Below, in pieces: positions 1-10,096 of a stretch of 64,000 nucleotides of DNA; the first letter of the stretch is position 1; every line of letters starts with the position of its first letter. The notes beneath the pieces are model-generated. The model was not told the DNA's origin. It ran no database searches and worked only from the letters and a program-made list of their open reading frames with translations. The DNA is from an uncultured Gammaproteobacteria bacterium (GTDB lineage: Bacteria > Pseudomonadota > Gammaproteobacteria > CAWCPV01). The stretch lies in NCBI GenBank assembly GCA_963797555.1, contig CAWCPV010000014.1, forward strand, positions 320,001-384,000, written 5' to 3'. The translations under genes and the position numbers were made by a program.

Positions 1-3000
1 AGGTCACCGTACACCTGGCGGTTGCGGTGGTGCCAACCCTGGCGCACGTCACCTGAACGTTGCTGGGAGGCGCCGGCGGGGCCGGTACGACCACCGGGGC
101 CGAGGTCGCGTAACCCGACTGAGCGCACGCGGCCACGGCCGCCACCCGGTAAACGTAGGTGTTGCCCTTCTGAACCGTCGTGTCGGTGTAGGACACGCCC
201 CCCACATTGTTTCTTGGCGGGAGATTCGCGATCACGTTCCACGTCGCGCCGCTGTCGGCTGAACGCTGCACGACGAAGCCCGTCTCGTTGGTGGCGTGGT
301 CCGAAAAGGCCAGGCGAACCGTCGGGTTCGCCGGCGTCTGCAGCGTCGCCGTCAGGCCCGTCGGAGCCGCTGGCACCCCCGCCGTCTGGCTCACACAGAC
401 CGGGTTCGAGAATCCGGAGACGGCGGTCAACTGAGGATAGGCGGAATTGGGCACCGTGGCGCCCACCGTGTTGGAGGCGAACACCCTGAAATAAGCGGGC
501 TGGGTGCCGACTGGATTCTGGAACGTCGTCACGTTCGGCAGAACCGTGAAGGTCGTAAGCCCCGTCGTGAAGTTGGCGTCCGTAGCCATCTGGACGGTGA
601 AGCTCGTCTCGTTGGCGGAGTTGTCCGTCCAGCTCAGGTTCGCGGCCCCGTTGCTCACAGAGCCGCTGAGGTTGGTCGGCGCCTCCGGGGGAGCGACGAT
701 CGCGAGCGTACGCATCATGTCGTTCTCCTCGTGACCGAGGAGATGGCAGTGCCACACGTGCTCCCAGCCGAAATTGGTCATTTCGTTGGCCACGGTCACC
801 GGATTCCCGTTCGGGTCCACCCCCGTGAACCCTGTCGTCACACCAGGCGGCTGCGTCGGGTCGAGCAGACGCCAGCTATTGGGAACCTTGAACGGCAGGT
901 CGAGCGTCTTGGGCCGGATCGCCACGAAAACGTCCTCCAGCGGGTTCATCCGTACCGTGTCCTTCCAGCCCAGCTCGTTGGCATCCGGCTTCCTGATGGC
1001 CCCGTCCCAGCCGACCCGGTTGATCACCTGCACGTGGAACATGTGGAAGTGGATGGCGTGGGTGTCCACGCCATTGTGCGTGATCTTCCAGATCTGAGTG
1101 CCGTCCGCCGCCTCGCCGATCGCAGGGGTGCCGTGCGCGGCCGTCAGCCTGACCAGCTCGGTGGGCGGATCGATGTAGGCCTGAGGGATCGACGTTCGGT
1201 TCTGGATCGTGGTATGCCGGATCTCAATGCCGAGGATGGCGTCCATCCGCCCATAGTCCACCGTGAAGTCCTCGATGATGGACTTCGGCTCCAGCTCCAG
1301 CGTGAGCGGAGCAGTTTGGCCGATGGGAGTGAACGTCAGCGAGGTGCCCTGGATCGTCGAGAAGTTCACCCCGGGCACGTCGGTGGTCGTCGTGCCGTAG
1401 ACCGGATCGTACGCATTCTGCGGAACGATGATCGGCTCCTGGGAGGAGGCGAAGGCGGCCGGCAACGCCGTCTGGAGATCGGACAGGATGGTCGGGTTGA
1501 CGTAGTCCACGCCACCCGTTCCACCACTTCCCCTAACCCGGATCTGCATGAGGGTCCGTATGTTGGGTCCGTAGCCAGGCAGCGTCGAGGGCGCACCGCC
1601 CGTGTCCGTCTGGTCCGGGTCACCCGTGTAGTAGTCGAGCCGCGGGTCCGCTGCCGGGACGGGGGCGGGCGAGTCGTTGTAGAGGATCAGCGTCTTGCCC
1701 GCGAACGGGGAGAAGTCGACGACGACGTCCGCCCGCTGAGCCGGGCCCAAGAGGAGCGCCTTCTCGTTGACGTTGCCGACCACGATGTCTCTACGGTTGT
1801 AGACGTAGTTCACAGGCTGGTTCTTGATCACCACGGGACCCGGCAGGAAGCCGCCCTCGGTGCCGATCTGGATCATGGCCGGACCACGCGTGTCTGGATC
1901 CGGCACGCCGCCGTCGCGATCATCGAAGGTAAATCCGTTCGGGATGCGCGTATACCACCAGGTTGGGAACGGCTTCGCGTGGTCTTGGGTCGAGTTGAAG
2001 GGCACCATCTTGACTTCGGTGCAGTCCGCCTCGTTTACGGGTGTCGTGCCATCGCAGAGCACGGCGCCGGTGGTGCCTGCCGTGGTCGGATGGGTCTTGT
2101 CGGCGGCCACGAACAGCGACAGGTTGAAGAACCGGTCGTTGGCGACGCTGAGGATCCGCAACCGATACGGCTTGGGATCGACCTCGACGTAGGGGTAGGC
2201 GGTGCCGTTGATCACCGGGGTGTCCATGAAGGACTCCGGGCTGCCGGAGGGCGAGACGAGGCGCGCATCGGGCGTGCCGGGGATGGTCGGAGGCTCACCC
2301 GCCGGACATGTCGGGTTGCACATGGGGTTCGCGATTGGCCCGTACACGAGACCCGTAAACGGAGGCCAGAACCAGGGACCATAGTCCCAGCGGCCCATGG
2401 CGTTTGCCCCGGAGATATCGTACGGATTCTGGTTCGGCATATAGACGTGCGGAAACCAGAGCTGACCGAAGCCCCCCCAGTTGGTCGTATCCCAGGTGGG
2501 ATCCTGGGCTTCAAGCTGTGAGTTGAAAGTCCCCACGGCGTTCGTGAATCCTCCGCTGGTGGGGGGCACGAAGGTCTTTTCCTGGATGACCAGGGGAATC
2601 TGGTCGGCGGGGATCGTCCCGTTCCCAACCAGCGTCTGTTCGGTCGGGTCCTGCAAGACGTAGGCCCCGGCCATGCCGACGTAGACGTTGAGGCGCGTGA
2701 TGCCGAGCGCGTGGTCGTGGTAGAACATCAGCCGGGCGCTCTGCTGATTGGTGTAGTACATCGTCACCGCCCCTGGACCGGGGTCGTTCGTCGCCCCGGG
2801 GACCGAGCATGTCGTCTGCCCCGCGCAGGCCGTGACGGTATTGCCCGCAGCATCGAACCACATATCGGGGACGTTCTGCTCGCTGGCGCCCTTGGGGTAG
2901 GAGGTGGTTTCGCCCGCGGGTGTGTTCCACTGGTGAGGCGTCCCGTCGCTGATCCACGGGGTGGCGCCGCCATGGAGGTGCACGGTGGCGCGGTTCTGGG

Positions 3001-4159
3001 TGTACTCTTCCGTCCCCCCGTTGGGACCGGTCCCCACCCCCATGTAGGTGGTATCCGTCGGGATGAAGAGATCGCCGGCACGGTGACCGTTGACCGGCGG
3101 GCCAAAGGGCAGCTCGTTGATGTACTTCACGCGCACTGGCCTTGCCTTCTGCGCGACGATGACGGGTCCCAGGTACTGAATGTTGCTGCCGCCCGGGTCC
3201 GCCGGGTTGTTGACCTGCACGTAGCCCCGCAGTCGGGTGGGCGGCAGGTCCGAGTGCATCTGTTTCGTGTACTCCCGGAACGCGATCTCGTAGTAATCGG
3301 AGCCCGGATAGGTGGTCGTGTCCGGGACCGCAATCGGCAGAGACTGCCCGAGGTTGTTTGGGGTATTCAATTGCGGCAGGGAGTCCACGAACTTCCGCAT
3401 GCCGCCCGAGATGGTGGTGGTCGTGGTGCCGGTGTCGACGGTGGCCGCAATGGAGTACGTCCGAGTCTGCGAAAAGATTGGGAAGCCTGGGTCTACGCCG
3501 AGGGTAATCGTCCCACTCACCGAAGGCGCCGCGGGGGCCGGGTAGCTGAGGACGTCGGCACCGGATCCTGCATCGTCGACGGGGACACCTTCCCCGTAGA
3601 AGGCGATCACGTCACCCTGCTGCACGGGGACGCCCCCCGGCACTTGGAACACCGCCACTTCCGAGGCACCAGCCACAGTCGGGCTCGGCACTGTGAGCAG
3701 CCCGCTTTGATACACAACCGTGTATTGGTTCGCGGTGCCGGTAGGCCGCAGCACATAGGCATAGAAACTGCCATTCGTGTTAGTGCCGTCTCCGGCCGAT
3801 GGCGTCGGACTCCCCCCCGTCGTCGCCTGATTCCATGTGGAAAAGCTCTGGAGTGTGCCAGCGGGCAGCACCGCCGTGGGAATGACCACCAATACCGGGG
3901 CGAGCGGTGGTTGGCCGCTGAGCGGAGGGTAGTCGGTGGCATATTGGCGGTCGGCGTTCACCGCATTCCCGACCGTATTGAGCACCGGCGTGGAGGCGAC
4001 CACCGGGAGTGGGCTGTCGGCATAGTTGGGGTAAACGCCGAAATAATCCGGCGTCTGACCAGGCCCTGGCACTGCGGAAACCGTTACCGCTGCGGCGAGC
4101 CCAGCGGCACCAGCGAGCAGCGCCACCCGTCCCTGTAACGAGCGTCTGTGCCTGTTCAT
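1..4159 (-). CDS. Large secreted multicopper oxidase (MofA/OmpB-like) with C-terminal FN3-like domains; 3' end runs off the window
   Basis: Missing from the ORF track, consistent with no stop codon in the window. Manual translation from ATG 4159 gives a signal peptide (MNRHRRSLQGRVALLAGAAGLAAA) and all four Cu motifs: VHLHGG (~2975), MFYHDH (~2720), THAIHFHMF (~1050), WHCHLLGHEENDMM (~740). FN3-like APTNL...LSWTDNSANET segments follow. Confidence 0.9.
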   Translation of the reverse strand, partial: MNRHRRSLQGRVALLAGAAGLAAAVTVSAVPGPGQTPDYFGVYPNYADSPLPVVASTPVLNTVGNAVNADRQYATDYPPLSGQPPLAPVLVVIPTAVLPAGTLQSFSTWNQATTGGSPTPSAGDGTNTNGSFYAYVLRPTGTANQYTVVYQSGLLTVPSPTVAGASEVAVFQVPGGVPVQQGDVIAFYGEGVPVDDAGSGADVLSYPAPAAPSVSGTITLGVDPGFPIFSQTRTYSIAATVDTGTTTTTISGGMRKFVDSLPQLNTPNNLGQSLPIAVPDTTTYPGSDYYEIAFREYTKQMHSDLPPTRLRGYVQVNNPADPGGSNIQYLGPVIVAQKARPVRVKYINELPFGPPVNGHRAGDLFIPTDTTYMGVGTGPNGGTEEYTQNRATVHLHGGATPWISDGTPHQWNTPAGETTSYPKGASEQNVPDMWFDAAGNTVTACAGQTTCSVPGATNDPGPGAVTMYYTNQQSARLMFYHDHALGITRLNVYVGMAGAYVLQDPTEQTLVGNGTIPADQIPLVIQEKTFVPPTSGGFTNAVGTFNSQLEAQDPTWDTTNWGGFGQLWFPHVYMPNQNPYDISGANAMGRWDYGPWFWPPFTGLVYGPIANPMCNPTCPAGEPPTIPGTPDARLVSPSGSPESFMDTPVINGTAYPYVEVDPKPYRLRILSVANDRFFNLSLFVAADKTHPTTAGTTGAVLCDGTTPVNEADCTEVKMVPFNSTQDHAKPFPTWWYTRIPNGFTFDDRDGGVPDPDTRGPAMIQIGTEGGFLPGPVVIKNQPVNYVYNRRDIVVGNVNEKALLLGPAQRADVVVDFSPFAGKTLILYNDSPAPVPAADPRLDYYTGDPDQTDTGGAPSTLPGYGPNIRTLMQIRVRGSGGTGGVDYVNPTILSDLQTALPAAFASSQEPIIVPQNAYDPVYGTTTTDVPGVNFSTIQGTSLTFTPIGQTAPLTLELEPKSIIEDFTVDYGRMDAILGIEIRHTTIQNRTSIPQAYIDPPTELVRLTAAHGTPAIGEAADGTQIWKITHNGVDTHAIHFHMFHVQVINRVGWDGAIRKPDANELGWKDTVRMNPLEDVFVAIRPKTLDLPFKVPNSWRLLDPTQPPGVTTGFTGVDPNGNPVTVANEMTNFGWEHVWHCHLLGHEENDMMRTLAIVAPPEAPTNLSGSVSNGAANLSWTDNSANETSFTVQMATDANFTTGLTTFTVLPNVTTFQNPVGTQPAYFRVFASNTVGATVPNSAYPQLTAVSGFSNPVCVSQTAGVPAAPTGLTATLQTPANPTVRLAFSDHATNETGFVVQRSADSGATWNVIANLPPRNNVGGVSYTDTTVQKGNTYVYRVAAVAACAQSGYATSAPVVVPAPPAPPSNVQVTCARVGTTATARCTVT

Positions 4160-4494
4160 TTGCTTTTCCCTCCCGCTTTGGTGCCATGGGGCGCTGCGGC
4201 ACCCTCCGCTGCGGCACCCTCCCCTGCGGCACGAGCCGCGGCGGCACGACGGGCTGCGGCCTTCCTATCAGCCGCTGTAATGCACTTCGCTCCCCGCGCC
4301 ATACCCAGGCAGCGGGTCCAGGTGACGTTGCCGCGTCCTTTGAAGTGTTCATTCCAGTGGCCGTTGTCCTTGGTCGCCGGCTGCGCCACCTGGCCTGTGC
4401 CCCAAGGCTGCGCCGCTTGGCCTGGTGCCCAGACAAAGACAGCGATCAACGCGGTTTGCGTCAGTAGCAATCGGGTGCGTTTGTTCATTTTCAT
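4156..4494 (-). CDS. Small secreted Ala/Arg-rich protein translationally coupled to the multicopper oxidase
   Basis: Signal-peptide-like N-terminus, GAGGGA RBS, and its TGA overlaps the oxidase ATG (ATGA, 4156-4159). Confidence 0.7.
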   Translation of the reverse strand: MKMNKRTRLLLTQTALIAVFVWAPGQAAQPWGTGQVAQPATKDNGHWNEHFKGRGNVTWTRCLGMARGAKCITAADRKAAARRAAAARAAGEGAAAEGAAAPHGTKAGGKSK

Positions 4495-4907
4495 TCCCTC
4501 CGCCACAAAACAGGCAACCCTTGTGTTAACGACTCCCCACCGGGGGCAGCGATTGTCCTTTGAACGCGTGCTGTTGTCAAGATCCTGACGTCAGGCTATG
4601 AATCCGCCCTCGAAGGCAAGGAAACTTCGCCTGTTCCATGTTGAGAGGAAAGCCTCACCGCCACGGGAAGATCCCGCCCTCCGGGCGAATGTGCTGGCCG
4701 TCCGTGATCGGGCAATTGACCGCAAAGGACTATCGGCTTTCCAGGGTTATAATCGGCTGACCGACTTCTGTCATCCCAATCTCCCACAAAGTCTTGGCAG
4801 TTTTCCGGAAAAGTAGGATGCACCAGCGGGCGGCCCCGGGATCTGCAGGGGCGGACGTGGTCCACTTCACCGCCGTTGTCCGGATTGTGACGCAGTCCTG
4901 ACGTGTC

Positions 4908-5552
4908 ATGGCCGCCCGGGACGAATCGTGGATCGAGAACTCTGACGTACTGTCGCTCTTTCCGACCCTGGTCTGGCAGATCCAGCTTAGGGCCGAGCGC
5001 CACGAGCCCATAGACGCGGCGATCCTCGGGGCCCTGCGTGATCTCCGGCGTTCTTCTCCGACACTCGCACCGGGAGAGGCATGGCAGTCGGGTCAAACGC
5101 TGCACGACCGGACGGAACTGGCCGGTCTGATCGCATGCATCGACGACAGCGTCAGGCGCATCCTGCGATTTCTGAAGATCGGTTATCACGCGGTCCAGAT
5201 CACAGGCTGCTGGGCCAACGTAAGCACGAAGGGCGCATCCCACGGCATACATAGCCATCCGAACAACTTCCTGAGCGGTGTCTATTACGTGCAGACGCAG
5301 ACGGGCGCGGACACCATAAACTTTCACGACCCCAGACCACAGACAAGCATCCTCCGGCCCGCCGTGACCGAGCTGACGGCTCATAACACGGACCAGGTCG
5401 TGGTGCGCGTGAGGAACGGCACCCTTCTGCTATTCCCCTCCTACCTGCCGCACTCGGTTTCACCGAACCTAAGCGAGGGGGAGAGAATCAGCGTCAGCTT
5501 CAACGTGATGTTCTCCTCGTTTGCCGAGACCCTCGGCAAGCCCTTGTGGTAA
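4908..5552 (+). CDS. Putative 2OG-Fe(II) oxygenase (TIGR02466-like)
   Basis: LFPT, WAN, HSHPNNFLSGVYY, FHDPR, LFPSYLPHSV and RISVSFN motifs. Confidence 0.85.
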   Translation: MAARDESWIENSDVLSLFPTLVWQIQLRAERHEPIDAAILGALRDLRRSSPTLAPGEAWQSGQTLHDRTELAGLIACIDDSVRRILRFLKIGYHAVQITGCWANVSTKGASHGIHSHPNNFLSGVYYVQTQTGADTINFHDPRPQTSILRPAVTELTAHNTDQVVVRVRNGTLLLFPSYLPHSVSPNLSEGERISVSFNVMFSSFAETLGKPLW

Positions 5553-5758
5553 AGAGAGCAGCCTGACGGCGTGCGGTCAGCGCGTATCGATTAGGCTCAG
5601 CCAGGCTGTCTCAGAGCTTGCGAATGAACCCGCCGCGTCCCCTCAGCGGCGCAACTCTCCCCCTCGCCGCTTGGCGAGGCACCTCCCCCCCTGGGGCTGT
5701 TTACTCCCGCTGCGACAGGAGTCACTATGCGCCTGCACGGCTTCGGGAGCGCAGCATC

Positions 5759-6454
5759 ATGTCCATGTCCGACCACCGGCTCGACCCCGCCGAGCGCATG
5801 ATCCGCGACATCAGGCGCGAGGTGGACCTTACCCGAAAGCTCATCGGGAAGGATGCCCTGGACCCGCGGGTCATGGCCGCCATGCGGGACGTCCCCCGCC
5901 ACGAGTTCGTATCGCCGGCCGACGGATACCTGGCATACACCAACGCACCGGTGCCCATCGGGCATGGACAAACCGTCTCTCAACCCTACATCGTGGCGCT
6001 CATGAGCGACCTGTTGGCGCCGCAGATGGAGGATGTCATCCTCGAAATCGGAACCGGCTCCGGATACCAGGCCGCCATATTGTCGCGGCTGGTCCGACGG
6101 GTTTACAGCATCGAACGCATCGAAGAGCTGGCCGACGCGGCCGCCGAGCGCCTCTCCCGCCTCGGCTACAGCAACGTAGAGGTCAGGACCGGCGACGGCT
6201 ACTTTGGCTGGGCGGAGCACGCCCCCTTCGACGGCATCATCGTGACGGCCGCTGCACCCCACGTACCCCGACCCCTCATCGAGCAGCTCAAGGCCGGGGC
6301 GCGCCTCGTCATCCCGGTGAACACGCTTTTTTTCAGCCAGACTCTGGCTGTGGTGGGGAGGGCGGAGGACGGCAGCGTACAACGCCGGGACGTGCTCGAC
6401 GTGGCTTTCGTGCCGCTAACCGGTCCCGCGCACGACCGGCCGGCCAGCGTATGA
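5759..6454 (+). CDS. pcm: Protein-L-isoaspartate O-methyltransferase
   Basis: VPRHEFV, IGHGQTVSQPYIVALM, LEIGTGSGYQAA and APFDGIIVTAAA. Start chosen at ATG 5759 after GGGAG. Confidence 0.93.
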   Translation: MSMSDHRLDPAERMIRDIRREVDLTRKLIGKDALDPRVMAAMRDVPRHEFVSPADGYLAYTNAPVPIGHGQTVSQPYIVALMSDLLAPQMEDVILEIGTGSGYQAAILSRLVRRVYSIERIEELADAAAERLSRLGYSNVEVRTGDGYFGWAEHAPFDGIIVTAAAPHVPRPLIEQLKAGARLVIPVNTLFFSQTLAVVGRAEDGSVQRRDVLDVAFVPLTGPAHDRPASV

Positions 6455-6678
6455 GGCGCTGATGGCCACGCCGCGCAGCACAGGGTCCGGTACAGCACCG
6501 CACTCGCCGCGGCGGCCCGAAGGCGAGAACCGAAGCCGCTGGGGAGCCGCCCATAGGCGTGAACGAATGCGAAGCCTGGCACACGGGTGGCTGTCTGGCG
6601 GGAAGGAGGGCCGGTCGCGCTGGCGGTGACATGAACCCCTTCCCCGCCCCTACGACCCGGACCTCCTGGTCGCGGACA

Positions 6679-8013
6679 TCAGTGATTCCCACGTGGCCGT
6701 GCACCGGCCCGCACCGCTCCTCGCCGTTGCGGGCGAGGCTCGGGACTACGTGTACCAGAAGCGCACCGGCCCTTCGGAGCCTGAGGCGGCTGGCGGGCCA
6801 TCGACAGCAACGCCAAGGCAGCAAGCGCCGTCACACCGGCAGCGCTCAGGAACGCCGTCCCCATGCCCCAGTGCTGCCAGAGCAGTCCGAAAAGCACACC
6901 GCCGGGAAGCGCCATCACCCCACTCACCAGATGATACAGGCCGTATGCCGTCGCCTTCTGGTCAGGAGGCGCGAAGTCACCGATGAGCGCCCGCTCGGCC
7001 GGCTCGGTCACGGCGAGCGCAGCAGCATAGGCCAGGAACAGGCTCCAGACCAAGAGGATGCCGTCGACAGCCAGCGCCAAACGAACCAGCACGAGGATGC
7101 GCAGCCCCCATCCGATGACCACCACGGGCAGGCGGCCGAATCGGTCAGATGCAGTGCCCGCCGGCAGGGTCACCAGCGCCTTGGCGACGTGGGCCGCGGC
7201 CCAGATGAGCGGAACCCACACTACGGCCAACCCCTGGGCCTGCGCCCACAGGACCAGAAAGACCTCGGGCGTGGTGCCCAGGGCAAGCCCGGCAGCGGCC
7301 ACGATCAGCCCGCGCAGCCGCACGTCCAGACTGCGCCAGCGTAACGCCGCGCGCTCGCCGGAAGCGTCCGGCGGGGCTGATGGCAGCGCGAGGAGCAGAA
7401 GGAAAACGACCAGGGCGCCGGGAATGACGGAGAGGAGAAAGACAGTCGGCATTCCCACACCCTCCTGGAGCAAGCAGAAGGCGAACAGGGGTCCGACGAC
7501 GGCGCCGACGTGGTCCATGGCACGGTGGAAGCCGAAGGCGCGTCCGCGGATCGCCGCAGGTACCGCCGCCGCAATCAGGGCGTCTCGAGGAGACGTACGC
7601 AGGCCCTTGCCGGCGCGATCGATGAAGCGCAGCGCGAGCACCCAGCCCCAGCCGAGCGCCATGCCGATGAGCGGCCGCGCCGCGTTGGAAGCGCCGTATC
7701 CCCCCACGACCAGCCCCTTCGGGCTCCAGCCGCGGTCGGCGAGCCGACCGGACACCAGCTTGAGCACGCTGGCAGTCGCCTCGGCCACCCCTTCCACCAG
7801 CCCCACCACGGCCGGTCCGGCCCCCAGGGTCGCAGTGAGGAACAGCGGCAACAGCGGGACGATCATCTCGCTGGCCGCATCGTTCAGCAGCGACACCGCA
7901 CCCAACAGGACGACCGTGCGCGGAAGGAAGCTGCGGTGGCCAGAATGGCTCAAGGATGAGCCGGCGGGTGGTCGGGGAGAAACCCGATCAGGCCGCGGGA
8001 TAGGTTTGATCAC
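6679..8013 (-). CDS. MFS transporter
   Basis: About 12 hydrophobic segments; SGRLADR, DRAGKGLRTSPRDALIA and GRAFGFHRAMD motifs. Start uncertain. Confidence 0.88.
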   Translation of the reverse strand: MIKPIPRPDRVSPRPPAGSSLSHSGHRSFLPRTVVLLGAVSLLNDAASEMIVPLLPLFLTATLGAGPAVVGLVEGVAEATASVLKLVSGRLADRGWSPKGLVVGGYGASNAARPLIGMALGWGWVLALRFIDRAGKGLRTSPRDALIAAAVPAAIRGRAFGFHRAMDHVGAVVGPLFAFCLLQEGVGMPTVFLLSVIPGALVVFLLLLALPSAPPDASGERAALRWRSLDVRLRGLIVAAAGLALGTTPEVFLVLWAQAQGLAVVWVPLIWAAAHVAKALVTLPAGTASDRFGRLPVVVIGWGLRILVLVRLALAVDGILLVWSLFLAYAAALAVTEPAERALIGDFAPPDQKATAYGLYHLVSGVMALPGGVLFGLLWQHWGMGTAFLSAAGVTALAALALLSMARQPPQAPKGRCASGTRSPEPRPQRRGAVRAGARPRGNH

Positions 8014-8088
8014 AGCCGGACGGACCAGCCGCGCCGAGCCGCCGCCGGCTGCGCGCGACCCGTCACAGGAATGTGGAGAACGGCCGCA

Positions 8089-8787
8089 TCATGCTGGGAA
8101 CAGATAGGTTTCGGACATGCGGTTCAAGGCGGCCCGATAGTAGTCGAACATCAGCGCCAGCCGCAGGAACACCTCATCCAAGCGGAACTCTCGGGCCAGA
8201 GGATGACGGCCGGCCTCTTGGAAGTGGCTGCGCCCGAAGTCGACGAAGTGATGCGCGTCGACCGGCCGCCTGCCGTAACGGTGACGGTGCTCGATCCAGC
8301 GGGGGAACATGCCGGTCAGGAACAGTGCATAGTTCCCCACGTGGGAGTGGATGAGAAACCGCCGCCGAGCGTCCGCGCCGCGTGCCTCGGCAATCAGGTC
8401 GACCAGATAGCCATAAGTGGTGCGGTCGTGGGGATCTACACGGTACAGCCGCTCGGTCCGGGAGAAGAGAGCAAGCAGATTGGCCAGGTAGCTGATGAGC
8501 CTGCGGTCCAGAGAACCCCGCTGCTCCCGCAGGGTCCGGCGCAGGAGCACGTTGAACAGCAGGAACGGTGAGATATCCAACAGCAGGCGGGTCCGGTCGC
8601 ACACCTTGTGGAAAAGGTAATCGCTCGACAGCATCGACTCCAGAGTGGTCGGCAGCCGATCGATGACCTGGGCAATCTCCGCGTAGGACTCACCGGGTCT
8701 GGGGAAGCTCTCCAGGATAAACCGCAGGTCTCGATCTCCGAGCCGGCTGATCTCGGTGACCGCGAAGTCAGGTAGAGCGCTGGTCAT
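8089..8787 (-). CDS. Conserved hypothetical protein
   Basis: 232-aa ORF with protein-like composition (HVGNYALFLTGMFP), co-oriented with its neighbours. Confidence 0.75.
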   Translation of the reverse strand: MTSALPDFAVTEISRLGDRDLRFILESFPRPGESYAEIAQVIDRLPTTLESMLSSDYLFHKVCDRTRLLLDISPFLLFNVLLRRTLREQRGSLDRRLISYLANLLALFSRTERLYRVDPHDRTTYGYLVDLIAEARGADARRRFLIHSHVGNYALFLTGMFPRWIEHRHRYGRRPVDAHHFVDFGRSHFQEAGRHPLAREFRLDEVFLRLALMFDYYRAALNRMSETYLFPA

Positions 8788-8799
8788 GAATGCTCAAGT

Positions 8800-9423
8800 C
8801 TATGCACCGCCCCTCGGACCGCCCGTCCCGGCCGGCGTTGCTCGACGCGCCATCCGCAGGTCTCCGGCGGGCCGCGGTAACGGCACGCCGCTCTTGCCTT
8901 CGGCCAATGCCTTGAGGTTGGCGAGGCCCTTCTCGTAGTCCTCCCCGATCCAGCGCGGCAGCACCAGGCCCAAGAAGCGGGCCGCGAGATCATCACCGAA
9001 CTCGGTGTCGAATGCCCAGGTCACCCTCGTCCCACCACCCAGCGTTTGCAGATCGTAACTGGCGGTCGCGGTGCCGTGCGGCCCGAAGTCCAGCTTCATC
9101 ACGACCCGGCGGCCGACCTCGCTTGCCACGATCTCCAAGCTTCCGGAGCCGACATTGGGATTGTCCCTGGCCCATGTCATCCGGGCGCCGACCCCTGACT
9201 CTGGGCCCGCGAAGGTGTAATGGGTCTGGGGGTCCATGCGGGCCCAGGGTGACCACCGGTTGAAGGCACGCGGATCGTTGATGAGGGCAAACACCCTGTC
9301 CGATGGGGCCTCGATGGCAGCGCTCCGATCGACGTGCACGCGGCCGGGCAAGAGCAGCGCCACCGCGACCAGAACCAGTGCGCCGGCGACGAGCGTTCCG
9401 AGAAGCTTCTTCAGAATCCTCAT
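8800..9423 (-). CDS. SRPBCC (polyketide cyclase-like) family protein with N-terminal membrane anchor
   Basis: HVDRSAAIEAP, FNRWSPW, GPESGVGARMTW and IGEDYEKGLANLK. Confidence 0.85.
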   Translation of the reverse strand: MRILKKLLGTLVAGALVLVAVALLLPGRVHVDRSAAIEAPSDRVFALINDPRAFNRWSPWARMDPQTHYTFAGPESGVGARMTWARDNPNVGSGSLEIVASEVGRRVVMKLDFGPHGTATASYDLQTLGGGTRVTWAFDTEFGDDLAARFLGLVLPRWIGEDYEKGLANLKALAEGKSGVPLPRPAGDLRMARRATPAGTGGPRGGA

Positions 9424-10096
9424 CGATGCACCCCTTCGTCCTCGGAGTCATCCAGCCCATGCAGAGTGTAGGCCGGGTCGGCGGTTTTCTCCATGCGCTT
9501 GGCAGAACTTGACGGCAATGACAGTGTGGCGGTCAGGGACCGGCCGACGGCGGCCGTTGCCGCCAGCCCCACCACCACTTCGAGTACCCGCGCAGCATGC
9601 TGCGGGCGGGGTCATCGCCCATGAGTACGACTGGACACCGAACGGCGCTCGATGATCCCCGGTCTCCTCGTGTGGTCCTCAGCCAATGACTGTGCCCGGC
9701 CAGAGCGACGACAGATTCAGAGGCCTGTCCGGGTTTCACCGGCGTAACGTTCCATATGACGCGTAATCCACTGTCGCATAAAACGTTCCCTGGAGAATCC
9801 ACAGATGCTGTGGATAAGGCTGGGGAAATCGGCTGAGTAAGGCATCGGCAAGGGCACCCCAGAGGCCGTTCGGCTCCCTGACCAGCAGAGCGCCACATCC
9901 CCACTAAAGGTCGTAATAACAGCCCAGTACAGAACACATCTCAGAGAGATTAGGGGCATGCTGGGCGCGCCCGTGTGTCCCGTATCCTCGGCGCTCGACC
10001 CGGGAACAAGTGCTCCGGGGAAGGCTGCACGCCCCCGGCCGTGTCGTGGCGCCGGATCACTCACGCAATAGCCGAACGCCGGGTCCCGCCTGCGCT

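Noticed and set aside
296-4138. Long plus-strand ORFs (741 aa and 475 aa)
   Set aside because: Antisense shadows of the minus-strand multicopper oxidase; Arg/Gly-rich with no motifs.
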